64,000 nt of DNA from a virus (Duplodnaviria; Heunggongvirae; Uroviricota; Caudoviricetes), in the IMG/VR virus record IMGVR_UViG_3300025936_000018; one strand, 5' to 3'. Every line of letters starts with the position of its first letter. Positions within the stretch are counted from its first letter, which is position 1. A program made the position numbers and the translations under genes. Below the pieces are notes generated by a model, which searched no databases, had not been told where the DNA came from, and saw nothing but the letters and a program-made list of their open reading frames with translations. Below, in pieces: positions 26,499 to 36,112 of the stretch.

Positions 26499-27110
26499 TC
26501 AGTTTGCCGCTTCCGGTTTTTCCACCTCGGACGAGGTCGAAGAACCAGAAGTCGCCGCCGCGCGAGCGTTGAGCCTGCGGCCGCAGAACGCGATGCCGAA
26601 CGCGTCGAGCTGGTCGGGGGTCCAGTCGGTCGAGTCGACCTCGAGCAGCGTCTCCAGGAGCTCGCGGCATGCGGCGTTCGCGACGTCCTTCTTCGCATTG
26701 CCGTTGCCGGCACCCTTCGCGGTCCTGCCGATTCCCGACATGAAGGTCACGTCGCGCTTCCACTCGCCGGCGAGCATGAGGTTCACGATGTCATCGTCCG
26801 ACTGGCCGGCGAGCGCGGCCATGATCGCGCCGGTGAACGCGCCCACGATGAAGTCGCTGTGACGCGATGCGCCAAAGCCGCGCTCGACGAACCACACGTT
26901 CGGCTCCGCGGCGAAGCGATGAGGGCTAGCCTCGGCGAGCAATGCTCGGGCAGAGCGGATCGCCGCCGGGACCTTCACGAGGTACATGAGCGAGTCGCCA
27001 GTCTTGCTGTCCGGCCGAAAGCGTGCCTGCACGAGGATCGGCGTTCCGCCGTCGAACGGGACCGCGCAGATCGTCGCCTTGAACGAGTCGACGTCGACGC
27101 CGAGGATCAC
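26499..27110 (-). CDS. RuvC-like Holliday junction resolvase
   Basis: VILGVDVDSFKATICAV (catalytic Asp), NVWFVERGFG, DAFGIAF; GTG start with GTGA overlap. Confidence 0.7.
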   Translation of the reverse strand: MILGVDVDSFKATICAVPFDGGTPILVQARFRPDSKTGDSLMYLVKVPAAIRSARALLAEASPHRFAAEPNVWFVERGFGASRHSDFIVGAFTGAIMAALAGQSDDDIVNLMLAGEWKRDVTFMSGIGRTAKGAGNGNAKKDVANAACRELLETLLEVDSTDWTPDQLDAFGIAFCGRRLNARAAATSGSSTSSEVEKPEAAN

Positions 27111-27484
27111 GCCGCGCGGCGCCGCGTCTCGAAGATGCCGGCAAGGTCGGGCTCGAGCTCCATGATCCGTCGCGCGTACCACGCCTTGTAGTTCTGATTC
27201 AGCTTGTAGTCGTGGTCGTGGTCGGTCTGGAGCATCCAGTCCCACCGCATGCGGTTCCAGAGCAGCTCGATACCGATCCGGTCGACGCCGGCCGCGCGCG
27301 CCTGCCGCGCGTAGCGGACGAGCGCCTCGTAGACGTGCGGATTGACGAGATGGAACTCTCGAGCTCGGCTCTGCCAGACGGAGCTGATCTCGCGTGTTTG
27401 CTCATCGGCACGGAACGCGACGATCTCGCCTTCGGGGGTGAGAAACGAGATCGTCGGTTCCATCACTTCGCCGAGGCTCTCCAC
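27107..27484 (-). CDS. hypothetical protein
   Basis: 125 aa; VNPHVYEALVRYARQARAAGVDRIGIELLWNRMRWDW. Confidence 0.45.
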   Translation of the reverse strand: MESLGEVMEPTISFLTPEGEIVAFRADEQTREISSVWQSRAREFHLVNPHVYEALVRYARQARAAGVDRIGIELLWNRMRWDWMLQTDHDHDYKLNQNYKAWYARRIMELEPDLAGIFETRRRAA

Positions 27485-27945
27485 GGCTTTTCGACCGTGC
27501 GCTCGGCGAGCTCCGCGGCGGCCTTGTAGTCCTCGTTCGCGCCGGCCAGCTGGCGGAGCACGCTGCGGTTCACCTTGAACGTCTGCTCGATCTGGATGAC
27601 GCCGCGCGTCTCTGCCTCGGGGTTGTCGTAGATCCGATCCTCCGGGCAGCCGGCCTCGCGCAGAGCCTCGGCGAGATCGTGCGGGTCGTACTCGATCGTC
27701 GGGCCGCCGGAGAGCACGACGTCGCCGGCAGACGCGTGGAACGTCTTCGTGCCCTGCACGCGCGACTGCTCGAGCATGAACGCGGTGACCGCCGCCTTGA
27801 CCTCGCGGAGTTGCTGCTCGCGCTCGCGGATGGCCTCGAGGACCTGATGCGCGTTGTCGGGCGTCGCTGGCAGGACCTCGCCGGTCATGACGTCGAGCAG
27901 CACTTCCGGGATGGCGACCTCTGTGGAGACGGTGCCGTCCGTCAT
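27463..27945 (-). CDS. hypothetical protein
   Basis: 160-aa ORF. Confidence 0.45.
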   Translation of the reverse strand: MTDGTVSTEVAIPEVLLDVMTGEVLPATPDNAHQVLEAIREREQQLREVKAAVTAFMLEQSRVQGTKTFHASAGDVVLSGGPTIEYDPHDLAEALREAGCPEDRIYDNPEAETRGVIQIEQTFKVNRSVLRQLAGANEDYKAAAELAERTVEKPWRASAK

Positions 27946-28421
27946 AGCCCCAACTCCGCGACGGTGTTGCGGAGGATCTCGGCGAGTTGCTCGCCGATCC
28001 CGAATCGCTCGAAGTTGAACTCGAGTCCGGACTCGAACGTCGCGACCTTCTCGGGGTCGTCGGTGCGTTGCTTGCCGCGCTCGCTCGCTGCGCGCCAGTC
28101 GCAGAGCATCTCCATGACGGCCATGAGGCTCATGCCGTTGACGCCGTTCGGGAAGTGCTGAGCGTGGTGGTCGTTCTCCGCGAAGTGGTGATCGAGCGCG
28201 GCGCCGAGCTCGTCTGTCGCTGCCTTGTACTCCGGACTTCCGTAGACGAGCTCGGCGAGTTTCGGCGTGGCGATGTCGAATGCCTCGACCTCGGGCGAGA
28301 CGAGTTTGCTCGCGTCGTGCACGCTCGCGCGTTCCTCGAGATTCGCGATCGCCGCGCGCATGAAGAACCGCACGCGTTCGATGTGCTCGAGCGTCTCCGG
28401 CCGAGAGTCGTAGTCGCTCAT
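27942..28421 (-). CDS. His-rich metal-binding (HD-like) protein
   Basis: HDASKL ... LDHHFAENDHHAQHF. Confidence 0.4.
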   Translation of the reverse strand: MSDYDSRPETLEHIERVRFFMRAAIANLEERASVHDASKLVSPEVEAFDIATPKLAELVYGSPEYKAATDELGAALDHHFAENDHHAQHFPNGVNGMSLMAVMEMLCDWRAASERGKQRTDDPEKVATFESGLEFNFERFGIGEQLAEILRNTVAELGL

Positions 28422-28717
28422 GCCTCCTTGTCCGCCTTGATCGTGATCCGCGCCTTCGGGTCGGTCTCGAACGAGACGCTGCGGCTGGGAGTCACCGTCT
28501 TGGAGATGCGGAACTTCCCGATGCGGCCGACCTCGCCCTCCTGGAGGTCGAACTCGCCGATCAGCGCCTTCGCGCGTTCGTCGGCTTCCTTGAACTGCCG
28601 GCGGAGCTCGCGCATCGAGTTCTTCCGCTTCTCGCGGGTCTCGAGCGCGTCCTCGAGCGCGTCGGACTCGAGTATCCGCTCGTCGGTCGCCAACTGAGGC
28701 ACCGCTGCCAATGGCAT
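28418..28717 (-). CDS. hypothetical protein
   Basis: 99-aa charged ORF. Confidence 0.4.
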   Translation of the reverse strand: MPLAAVPQLATDERILESDALEDALETREKRKNSMRELRRQFKEADERAKALIGEFDLQEGEVGRIGKFRISKTVTPSRSVSFETDPKARITIKADKEA

Positions 28718-28734
28718 TGCTCTGCTCCTCTCGG

Positions 28735-29568
28735 TTACGCCGTCTGGCTCTCGACGGCCATCTTGAACTGCTCGAACACGCCGGCTGTGACCATGTAGAA
28801 GCCGTCGGACAGCGTTGCGTCCTTCACGACCGTCCGTGCCGACTCGATCACTTTCTTCTCGCCGGAGGCCTTCCTGACCGGCTCTGACGCGTCCTCGAGC
28901 GCGCGTAGCGCCTCGGGCAGCCTCGCCGCGAGTTGCTCCACGATCTCGCCGGCGTCGCCCTCGCCAGCGTCCAGGGCCGCGCTGACGAGGTCGAGCGTCT
29001 CGCGGACGACCGAGAGGTTCCGCGCCGCGTCGATCGTCTCACCGGGCCCGAGCTCGCCGCCGCCGGCCGCGCCGGCGCTGCTCGAGCTCGGCTGTCGCGG
29101 CGGCCGCGCCGCCAGCTGCTCCGCCTCGCGCAGCGCCTCGCGCAGCTGCTCCTTCGACCAGCCGGAGCGGACCGCGACCTCGAGCCACTCGCTCTGAGCG
29201 GCAGGCTCGAGCGCCGCGACCGTCTCGTGATGCGAGAACGAGAGCTCGGCGCGTCGGCGCTCCGGAGCGACGCGCTCGCAGACCGAGACGATGATCATCA
29301 GCCGGCCGATCGAGAGACCCGTCGCATCGACGGCCTGCGCGTACTTCTCGCCGTGCCGCGCCTCCGAGAAGCGGATCAAGTCGCCCGTCCACCAGCTGCC
29401 GGCGTCGCGCATCCCGCGGATCCGATCGAGAACCTCGGCAACGCGTTCGACTGTCATCTCCGGGTCGGTCACGCTCAGACTGTTTGGCGTCAGAGCGATT
29501 CCGTCAGGCGCGCGCCACGGCAGCAAATCTAACGCCGCGGCGTTAGATTCGGTCTCGGTCTCAGTCAT
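28735..29568 (-). CDS. hypothetical protein
   Basis: 277 aa; SD GAGGAGG 7 nt upstream of the ATG. Confidence 0.45.
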   Translation of the reverse strand: MTETETESNAAALDLLPWRAPDGIALTPNSLSVTDPEMTVERVAEVLDRIRGMRDAGSWWTGDLIRFSEARHGEKYAQAVDATGLSIGRLMIIVSVCERVAPERRRAELSFSHHETVAALEPAAQSEWLEVAVRSGWSKEQLREALREAEQLAARPPRQPSSSSAGAAGGGELGPGETIDAARNLSVVRETLDLVSAALDAGEGDAGEIVEQLAARLPEALRALEDASEPVRKASGEKKVIESARTVVKDATLSDGFYMVTAGVFEQFKMAVESQTA

Positions 29569-29610
29569 TCGGGTGTTCCTCCTCGGGATGAAGTTGCCGG
29601 ATCGTCGTGC

Positions 29611-30636
29611 TCACGCCGCGACCATGCTTGCCGGGAAGTCGCGGACGCGGAGGTCGGGTGGCCATTCGTCCCAGTCGCCGCCCTTCGAGTCGCGCAGCGA
29701 GAGCGGGAATGGCCCGAGTTCGTGATCGCTAGTCGGACGCGAGCCGAGCTGCTTGACGAACACGGCCGTGACGGGCTCTATCTGTCCGCGCGGCACGGGC
29801 TCGTTGCAGCATTCGCCGTCGCGGTTGCCGCAGCAGACCGGCTCGTACGGGTCGCAGCGGCGGATGATCTCACGTGCCCACTCGATCCGCATCGGTCGAG
29901 CTCCGGGCCCGGACTCGCCGCCGACGATGATCCAGTCGATGCCGGTCAGGTCGAGCGGCCGCTTGGACTTGACGAGCGCGTTCCATGCGCCGACGCCTTC
30001 GATCTTCACCGTCGCTGCCGGCTCGAGGAACGCGCCTGTCGGATAGAGCGACTCGAGCAGCGGTTCGGCGCTGATGAAGCGCAGTGCCGCGGGGATCTCG
30101 CGGAGCACGTCCGCGCGCCATGTGTAGCGAGCGTTCTCGATCGAGACGCCAAGCCAGACGTTCGGCAGCGGCCCGTGGACGGCGAGCGTCTCGCTCGTGT
30201 CCTCGCCGGTCGTCTCGAAGGTCACGCGCTGCGCGACGCCTTCGACCTTCGCCCAGAAGAACGGATTCGTGAGCACTTCGCGCATCCCCTCGGGGCGCTT
30301 CGTCAGCACTTGGAAAACGTGCCTGTGCGCGAGCGCCATGCGGCCGAAGACCTCGGCGATGTATGCCACGGGGACGTCATCGTGGAAGAGGTCGGCGAGC
30401 GAGCAGACGAACACGCGTCGCGGCTTCGTCCAGTGGAGCGGCTGCTCGAGTCGGTCGTGGTGCAGCATGACGCCGGTGGTCTCCTCGTTCCCAACCCGGG
30501 CGAAGGTGCGGCCGTTCATGCGGAACGGCGGCGTGCGCTCGATGTAGCAGTGCGCACAGCCGGGCGAGACGCGCGTGCACCCGGTCACGGGATTCCACGT
30601 GGAATCGGTCCACTCGATCTTGCTCTGCTCAGCCAC
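29611..30636 (-). CDS. DUF5131 (phage Gp37/Gp68 family) Cys-cluster protein
   Basis: N-terminus IEWTDSTWNPVTGCTRVSPGCAHCYIERT is the family signature; GTG start overlaps the ATPase stop (TAGTG). Confidence 0.8.
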   Translation of the reverse strand: MAEQSKIEWTDSTWNPVTGCTRVSPGCAHCYIERTPPFRMNGRTFARVGNEETTGVMLHHDRLEQPLHWTKPRRVFVCSLADLFHDDVPVAYIAEVFGRMALAHRHVFQVLTKRPEGMREVLTNPFFWAKVEGVAQRVTFETTGEDTSETLAVHGPLPNVWLGVSIENARYTWRADVLREIPAALRFISAEPLLESLYPTGAFLEPAATVKIEGVGAWNALVKSKRPLDLTGIDWIIVGGESGPGARPMRIEWAREIIRRCDPYEPVCCGNRDGECCNEPVPRGQIEPVTAVFVKQLGSRPTSDHELGPFPLSLRDSKGGDWDEWPPDLRVRDFPASMVAA

Positions 30637-32486
30637 TATGCGACGGCGCCTTCACGGACCGCGTCGACGAACTCGGGAGTCAGCTGCCGGCGGCCCTTCT
30701 CGACAAGGCCGAGTTTGCGCAGGCTCGAGAGGATGACGGCCATCGTGGAAGCTGTCGGCGAGTAGCCAGTGATCTCGCAGAGCCGATCCTGCGTCGGCTC
30801 TTCCGGGTAGAGATCGAGAAGGGTGAGGATCACTTCGCGCTCGCCCTTGCCGACGCGCGGGTGTTGCAGCCATTGCTCGAGCAGCGCGCGACCCGTTGGC
30901 CGTTCGATCGGGCCGCCGATGAGGTCGAGTCCCTCCTGCGTGATGCGGACAGGCTGGTTGCCGGGATGGACGTAGCCGCTCTTGCGGAGGTTCGAGAGGA
31001 TGACGGCGACGGTCGACGCCTTCGCGGAGTAGCCGGCGAGGAACGCGAGCTCGTTGCTGGTGCGACCGTTGGGGTAGCCGGCGAGGATGCCGAGGATCGT
31101 GCGCTCGCCTTTGCCGAACTTGACGTCGCCGTTCGTCGCGTCAACGCGCTCCGCGCGCCGCGAGTCGCGAGCGCCATCGAACGTGAACGTCTCTCGCCCC
31201 ACAGCAGCTAGCGCCGGCGGTGCCTCGGCGGCCGCGCCGTTCCCCTTCCATGTGTCGCCGGCGGCGTCGGTCGCATGCGCTGGCGGCGCCGGAAGGGACT
31301 CGAGCTCGCTGTCGATGCGCTCTCGAGCGCGTGAGAGCGTCTCCTGCACGCTCTCGAGATGCGATGCAACGCTCTCGTAGTCGCCGCGGATGGCGGCTTT
31401 CAACGCGTCGGGGAACACCTGCACGATCTCGGGCTCGCGCGCCTCGAGCTCCGCGATCCGCGACTGGAGCTCGGCGACGAGAGTCGAGTCGCCATCGGCG
31501 GCCGGCTTCTCGGCGAGCTCTCGCTCGAGCGTGGCGATCCGCTTGCGCAGCTCCTTCGGATCGTTCTCCTTCGCGCGCTCGACCGTCGCCTTCATCTGCT
31601 CGCCGAGCGCGTCGAGGTCGAGCTCCTTGCGCACGGTGGGCTCGACGCGTGTCTCGCCCGGCGTCGGCGTCTTGTACGAGTCGAACGTCTTGATCCGACG
31701 CAGCGCGACCTTCTCGAGTATCCCGCGCAGCGGCGACCAAATCCACGCCGTGCCAGTCGGCAGCGAGTCGAGCGTGGAGATCACGCCGACGCGGTCGTCC
31801 TCCTGCTTCTCGCGGATCCAGTCCTTCACGGCGTCGCGCGCGCGCGGTGACAGCATCCGCATCACGAGCAGCGTCTCGATGAGGTCCAGGATCGCCTTGT
31901 TGAGCGCCTGCGTCCGCTGCGTCGTGAGAACGACGCCGAGACCACGAGAACGGCCGAGGCCTACGACGTCCTCCATAGCGCCCATCAGCCGTGCCGAGTC
32001 GCCCTTGAATCCGCCGCGCGGCGTCTGCGGCGCGTAGAAGTGCGCCTCGTCCATGACGAGCAGCAGCGTCGTGCGCGAGCGCGCCTTGCGGTCGTAGAGC
32101 CGCTCGAGGAAGTCAGCGGAGAACCGAATCGCAGCGGACTTCGAGAAGTCGCTCAGGTCGAGCACGAACGAGTGGCCGGAGTCGACGACAAGGTCGGCGA
32201 TCAGCGCGCCGGCTTGCGGCTCAAGCGGCACGTCTCCGTGCGGACCGCCGAGGACGTAGATCGGCAGCCCGGGCCCGTTGCCGGCCGCGTTGGAGCGGAG
32301 GCCGTGATAGACGCCGGTCCGGTCGAAGATCACCGATTGGACGCCGAGCGCGAACGCTTCCTCGACGATCACGGCGGAGCCGGATGACTTGCCGGCGCCG
32401 CGCGTCGCGACGATCGCTGTCGCCTCGGTGACAAGCTCGAGCGGGAGCGTGAACCCGCGCGCGATCTTCAGGCCAGCAGCAGCCAC
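30636..32486 (-). CDS. P-loop ATPase (HerA/FtsK-like) with C-terminal tandem winged-helix domains
   Basis: Walker A ATRGAGKS; Walker B LLLVMDEAHF; coiled-coil linker; two wHTH repeats (ILGILAGYPNGRTSNELAFLAGYSAKASTVAVILSNLRKSGYV / ILTLLDLYPEEPTQDRLCEITGYSPTASTMAVILSSLRKLGLV). Confidence 0.65.
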   Translation of the reverse strand: MAAAGLKIARGFTLPLELVTEATAIVATRGAGKSSGSAVIVEEAFALGVQSVIFDRTGVYHGLRSNAAGNGPGLPIYVLGGPHGDVPLEPQAGALIADLVVDSGHSFVLDLSDFSKSAAIRFSADFLERLYDRKARSRTTLLLVMDEAHFYAPQTPRGGFKGDSARLMGAMEDVVGLGRSRGLGVVLTTQRTQALNKAILDLIETLLVMRMLSPRARDAVKDWIREKQEDDRVGVISTLDSLPTGTAWIWSPLRGILEKVALRRIKTFDSYKTPTPGETRVEPTVRKELDLDALGEQMKATVERAKENDPKELRKRIATLERELAEKPAADGDSTLVAELQSRIAELEAREPEIVQVFPDALKAAIRGDYESVASHLESVQETLSRARERIDSELESLPAPPAHATDAAGDTWKGNGAAAEAPPALAAVGRETFTFDGARDSRRAERVDATNGDVKFGKGERTILGILAGYPNGRTSNELAFLAGYSAKASTVAVILSNLRKSGYVHPGNQPVRITQEGLDLIGGPIERPTGRALLEQWLQHPRVGKGEREVILTLLDLYPEEPTQDRLCEITGYSPTASTMAVILSSLRKLGLVEKGRRQLTPEFVDAVREGAVA

Positions 32487-32764
32487 TACGCCGACTCGAC
32501 CACGGTCCACTCGTCCGAGCCGTGTTCGCCCTGGAAGTCGTCGACGGGCAGCGCCTCGACGGTGACACGGAATGCACGGAACCAGTCGCGACCGATGCAG
32601 TCGAACTCCAGCCGGCCGTCGCGGTTCTGCCACGTGTTCGTCGGCGTCTCACCCTCGGCGAGCGGACGCGGGTGGATCCGGACTTCGCTCTGAGTCGGAC
32701 ACATGTCCGTCACCTTGAGCGCGTCGCGAACCGTGCGTACGACATCGTCTGCGTGAACGCCCAC
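32486..32764 (-). CDS. hypothetical protein (93 aa)
   Basis: GTG start preceded by GTAGTATCGTCGTACC (leaderless-promoter-like motif); coupled to the ATPase (TAGTG). Confidence 0.35.
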   Translation of the reverse strand: MGVHADDVVRTVRDALKVTDMCPTQSEVRIHPRPLAEGETPTNTWQNRDGRLEFDCIGRDWFRAFRVTVEALPVDDFQGEHGSDEWTVVESA

Positions 32765-32798
32765 TAGGTACGACGATACTACAGCGACCGGTCGGGCG

Positions 32799-33137
32799 CT
32801 ATAAACCGAGCCGGCGCCGAAGAACGCGGTCGATGACCGCTCGAGCGGAGCGCGGCTCTTCTTTCGTACCGGCCGGCAGCCGCCGCTTCTCGCTCTCGAT
32901 CTTGTCGCGGAGCTCGAGCGGGATCCGGCGGAGCTGCGTGACGCCACCCTTGCTGGTGCGCGGCTCGCTGCCGACGCGGCCGGTGGGCTCGTATGGAATG
33001 TCCCACTCCGCGGCGAGCTCTCCCACGATGACGTCGTTGATCGACATCTCTCGCTCGGCAGCGACTCGAATGGCCGCCTGCTTGACGTCATCGGCGAGGA
33101 CGACGGGGAGGACGCATTCGTCGGCGACTGCTGCCAT
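32799..33137 (-). CDS. ribbon-helix-helix (FitA/VapB/Arc-like) DNA-binding protein
   Basis: VVLADDVKQAAIRVAAEREMSINDVIVGELAAEW; start ATG preceded by TATAGT-N7 (leaderless arrangement). Confidence 0.5.
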   Translation of the reverse strand: MAAVADECVLPVVLADDVKQAAIRVAAEREMSINDVIVGELAAEWDIPYEPTGRVGSEPRTSKGGVTQLRRIPLELRDKIESEKRRLPAGTKEEPRSARAVIDRVLRRRLGL

Positions 33138-33166
33138 TGCCATAACTATACCGCAGCTTCGGCGGA

Positions 33167-33964
33167 CTAGGTCATGCAGTAGCCAGATTCGCAGCCGTCG
33201 TCCTCGAAGAGCACCTGCTGCTCGGTGTCCACGATCAACGGCAGCTTCATCCCGAACCGCGTCATGAAGAACTCGCCGCGGCCGAGACGCTGGCCGCGCT
33301 CGTGCAGCTTCTCCTCGAGCGCGCACGCCTTCGCGAATAGATCAGGTCGCGTGCGCGCGAGTTTCCGCCACTCCTCGAGCGAGTGGAATGGGCAGTAGAA
33401 GCATGACGACCGGCCCGGCTGCGGCAACCCTTCGTCGGCGATGACGTTCAAGCAGTCCTGCCGGTCGAGGTTGAGGTCGAGCAGCGGGTACTCGCGCAGC
33501 TGGTACGGCGATCGCGGATCGTCGGCGGTCTTAGCTCTCTGCCACTCGTCCGTGCTGATCCCGAGGCCAATGATCGCGCGTCTCTCCTTCGTTGCTCCAC
33601 GCCGGCGCACCTCCTTCTGGACGACGCGGATCTTGAACTCGGCCGTGCAGGTGCGATTCCCGGGCGCCCCGTTCTCGCCCATCCGGACGGGGATCGGGAT
33701 GCTCGTCTCGGACTTCTCGATGCGCTCCATGAGCGTCTGCGTCGACCCGTCGCGCAGCCGCTTGCGCAGCTCGAGGAGCTCGATGCCCTTCTCGCGTGCG
33801 TACGGCACCGCGACCTGTTCGACGTAGCGGAGTGTGTCAGGGTGCTCGCTGTCCTCGCCGACGTTCGCGAAGAGGAAGAGCGGGAAGTCAATCTCGCCGC
33901 GAGCAGCAAGGACGAGGGCGGCGGTCGACTGGACGCCGCCGCCGTAGGAGAACGCTCGGATCAC
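33167..33964 (-). CDS. PAPS-reductase-like PP-loop ATP pyrophosphatase
   Basis: PP-loop FSYGGGVQSTAAL (SGGxDS-type); C-terminal Cys pairs (CFYCPFH). Confidence 0.75.
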   Translation of the reverse strand: MIRAFSYGGGVQSTAALVLAARGEIDFPLFLFANVGEDSEHPDTLRYVEQVAVPYAREKGIELLELRKRLRDGSTQTLMERIEKSETSIPIPVRMGENGAPGNRTCTAEFKIRVVQKEVRRRGATKERRAIIGLGISTDEWQRAKTADDPRSPYQLREYPLLDLNLDRQDCLNVIADEGLPQPGRSSCFYCPFHSLEEWRKLARTRPDLFAKACALEEKLHERGQRLGRGEFFMTRFGMKLPLIVDTEQQVLFEDDGCESGYCMT

Positions 33965-33973
33965 ACGGTCACC

Positions 33974-34546
33974 TTATGCCGGGACGGTTGCCTTGACCGC
34001 GTCCGGGACGGTTGTCGTGACCGCGCCATCGAGAACCTCTGCCGGCGACTCTGAGCGCGGCGATCCGGCCTTGATCCATGCCTGACGAATCCGCTCGTAC
34101 TCCTCCATCGTGTACGCGTCCGGGCCCGGGTTCTCGTACTGCGGGAAGTCACGCATCTTCACCGGCGGCCGCGTCTCGACAGGACCGAGCGCCTTCGTGT
34201 TCGCCGCCTGACGAGCTGCCATCGTCGTGTCGCTGCGCCACCGCCAGACGTGCACCCACTCCGGGATGCCGCGCTCGTCAGGTGGCGGAGCGACGTCACG
34301 CTCGAGCGCCTGCCGCTGCGCGATGTGCGCGTCGTTGACCGACCGGTACGCGAGCCGGATGCGCGCGATCGGCGGGAAGCGCTCTTCGCGCTGGATCAGA
34401 TGGCCGACGGCCTCGTCGAGGACCGCGGGGTCGTAGAGCAGCGCGATCTCCTTGAGCAGAGTCTCGGCTTGATCCTCGTCCAGCGTCATCGCCGGGAACG
34501 CCGACTTCAACCGGCCGAGGATTCTGGCTGCGTCATCCAGGTGCAA
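33974..34546 (-). CDS. hypothetical protein
   Basis: 190-aa ORF. Confidence 0.45.
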   Translation of the reverse strand: MHLDDAARILGRLKSAFPAMTLDEDQAETLLKEIALLYDPAVLDEAVGHLIQREERFPPIARIRLAYRSVNDAHIAQRQALERDVAPPPDERGIPEWVHVWRWRSDTTMAARQAANTKALGPVETRPPVKMRDFPQYENPGPDAYTMEEYERIRQAWIKAGSPRSESPAEVLDGAVTTTVPDAVKATVPA

Positions 34547-35384
34547 GTTCTCTCCTTTCGCTCGCTTCTCGTTCGGCTTTGAGCCTGTCCGCGACGTCGC
34601 TGAACTCGCGCGAGCTCACGTCACGCCGGCCGAACTTCTCGCCGCGAACCCTGAAGTTGCGGAGCGGCTGCGCCTCCGACACGAACCGATCGAGGCCGCG
34701 CTTGAGGAAGTCCACGATCGTCCAGCGGTAGTCCCAGCGGTACTCGTCGCCAGCGAGCACGGTCGCGTAATTCTCGACGGCCGCGACCACCGCCTCAACC
34801 GGGTAGACGCGCAGTGCTCGCTCGACGGCCGCGCGCGTTTTCGCATCGGCGAGATACGACTCGCGATGTTCGATGAGAGGCGGCGCGTGCTCCGACCACT
34901 TCGCCGTGACCAACTGCACATTCTGCGCTCGAGCATTCGTATTAGGGCTTACCTCTTGATCAGTAGGAGGAGGGATCCGCTGATTCCGAGTTTCCTGATC
35001 CGCAATATCTGCGTTTCCATCCCGCAAGTCTTGCGGCGGTTCGATCTCGACCCCGGGCTCGTGGACGACGTAGATGTTCGGCTTGCCGAGTCCGCGCCGG
35101 CGCGTCTCCACAAGGCCGATAGTCGAGAGCTCGCGGACGTAGCCGCGCGCGGTGTTCTCGGAGATCGCGAGGTCGCGACAAAGCGTCGTCAGTGCCGACT
35201 CGACAGCATCGCTCTTCGTGCTCCACGCGAGATGCTTGAGGTAGCCGTACGTCATCTTCGCGCCGAGCGAGATCCGCTCGTCGAGCACGACGGCGTTCGG
35301 AATCATCGTGAATCCGGCTTGCGAGATCGGGTTCGAGTGGACGACTGCGGGTCCACGTCCGCCGGCTTCTATACGCTTTTCCAC
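34533..35384 (-). CDS. HTH replication-initiator/DnaD-like protein
   Basis: N-terminal wHTH (GYVRELSTIGLVETRRRGLGKPNIYV); C-terminal DnaD-like helical region; GTG start with SD GGAG 7 nt upstream. Confidence 0.45.
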   Translation of the reverse strand: MEKRIEAGGRGPAVVHSNPISQAGFTMIPNAVVLDERISLGAKMTYGYLKHLAWSTKSDAVESALTTLCRDLAISENTARGYVRELSTIGLVETRRRGLGKPNIYVVHEPGVEIEPPQDLRDGNADIADQETRNQRIPPPTDQEVSPNTNARAQNVQLVTAKWSEHAPPLIEHRESYLADAKTRAAVERALRVYPVEAVVAAVENYATVLAGDEYRWDYRWTIVDFLKRGLDRFVSEAQPLRNFRVRGEKFGRRDVSSREFSDVADRLKAEREASERRELAPG

Positions 35385-35492
35385 AGGCCGCTCCTACGGC
35401 TTGAGACGCCGGTCACCGCGAAGTCGAGGACGCGGGGCCGGCGTCGTTCTTTGTGTTGCGCGGGACGCCGACTCTACTACGGTCCGGCCGGA

Positions 35493-35774
35493 TCACAAAA
35501 TCGCCGCGTCGATGATCTCGGTCAGCGCGTCGCGGAGTTGCCTCGCCTGCTCGTAAGACGCTGCGAGCATGAGCCGCGCTTCGGCCTTCGTCGCGGGGAT
35601 CTCGCAGCGGAGCACGCCGAGCTCGAGCGCAGCGTCCTCGAGCAGAAGCGACGTCTCGATCTCGATCAGGACGGCCGGGCCGATCTGTCCGCCGTCGAGC
35701 GTGACGAGGTCGGTGACGACGTCGATCGACGCAGGACCGTCCTGCCACTTCTCCTGGAGCGCGATCTTCGTCAC
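35493..35774 (-). CDS. hypothetical protein
   Basis: GTG start 35774 (GTGA overlap); tail of a long artefactual Arg-rich ORF in the track. Confidence 0.35.
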   Translation of the reverse strand: MTKIALQEKWQDGPASIDVVTDLVTLDGGQIGPAVLIEIETSLLLEDAALELGVLRCEIPATKAEARLMLAASYEQARQLRDALTEIIDAAIL

Positions 35775-36112
35775 AGCCGGCCGCCGTCCCAGAGCGGGAT
35801 CGGCGTCTTCACCTCGATCGGCGTGACGCCGTGCTGGTGCGCGAGAAACGCGGTGATCTTCTCCCACGCCTTCGTCTCGTGCCGGTAGCGAACTGCGCTC
35901 GTCACGCCCATGCCGACGCCGACGTACTGGTCTGAGAGCTCGAGCACGGTAGCGTTCGCGAGCGGCCCGGAGTACTGCGTCACGCACACCTTGACGGTTC
36001 CGCCAGCGAGAAGCGCGGACGCGTTGAGAGCGTCGAGCTCGAGCGCCGGGCAGTGCGAGTCCGGTTTGCCGGCTCCGACCTGTGGTCCGAGGAGTACGAC
36101 GCGATCGGCCAT
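35771..36112 (-). CDS. hypothetical protein
   Basis: 113 aa; LLGPQVGAGKP Gly-rich. Confidence 0.45.
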   Translation of the reverse strand: MADRVVLLGPQVGAGKPDSHCPALELDALNASALLAGGTVKVCVTQYSGPLANATVLELSDQYVGVGMGVTSAVRYRHETKAWEKITAFLAHQHGVTPIEVKTPIPLWDGGRL

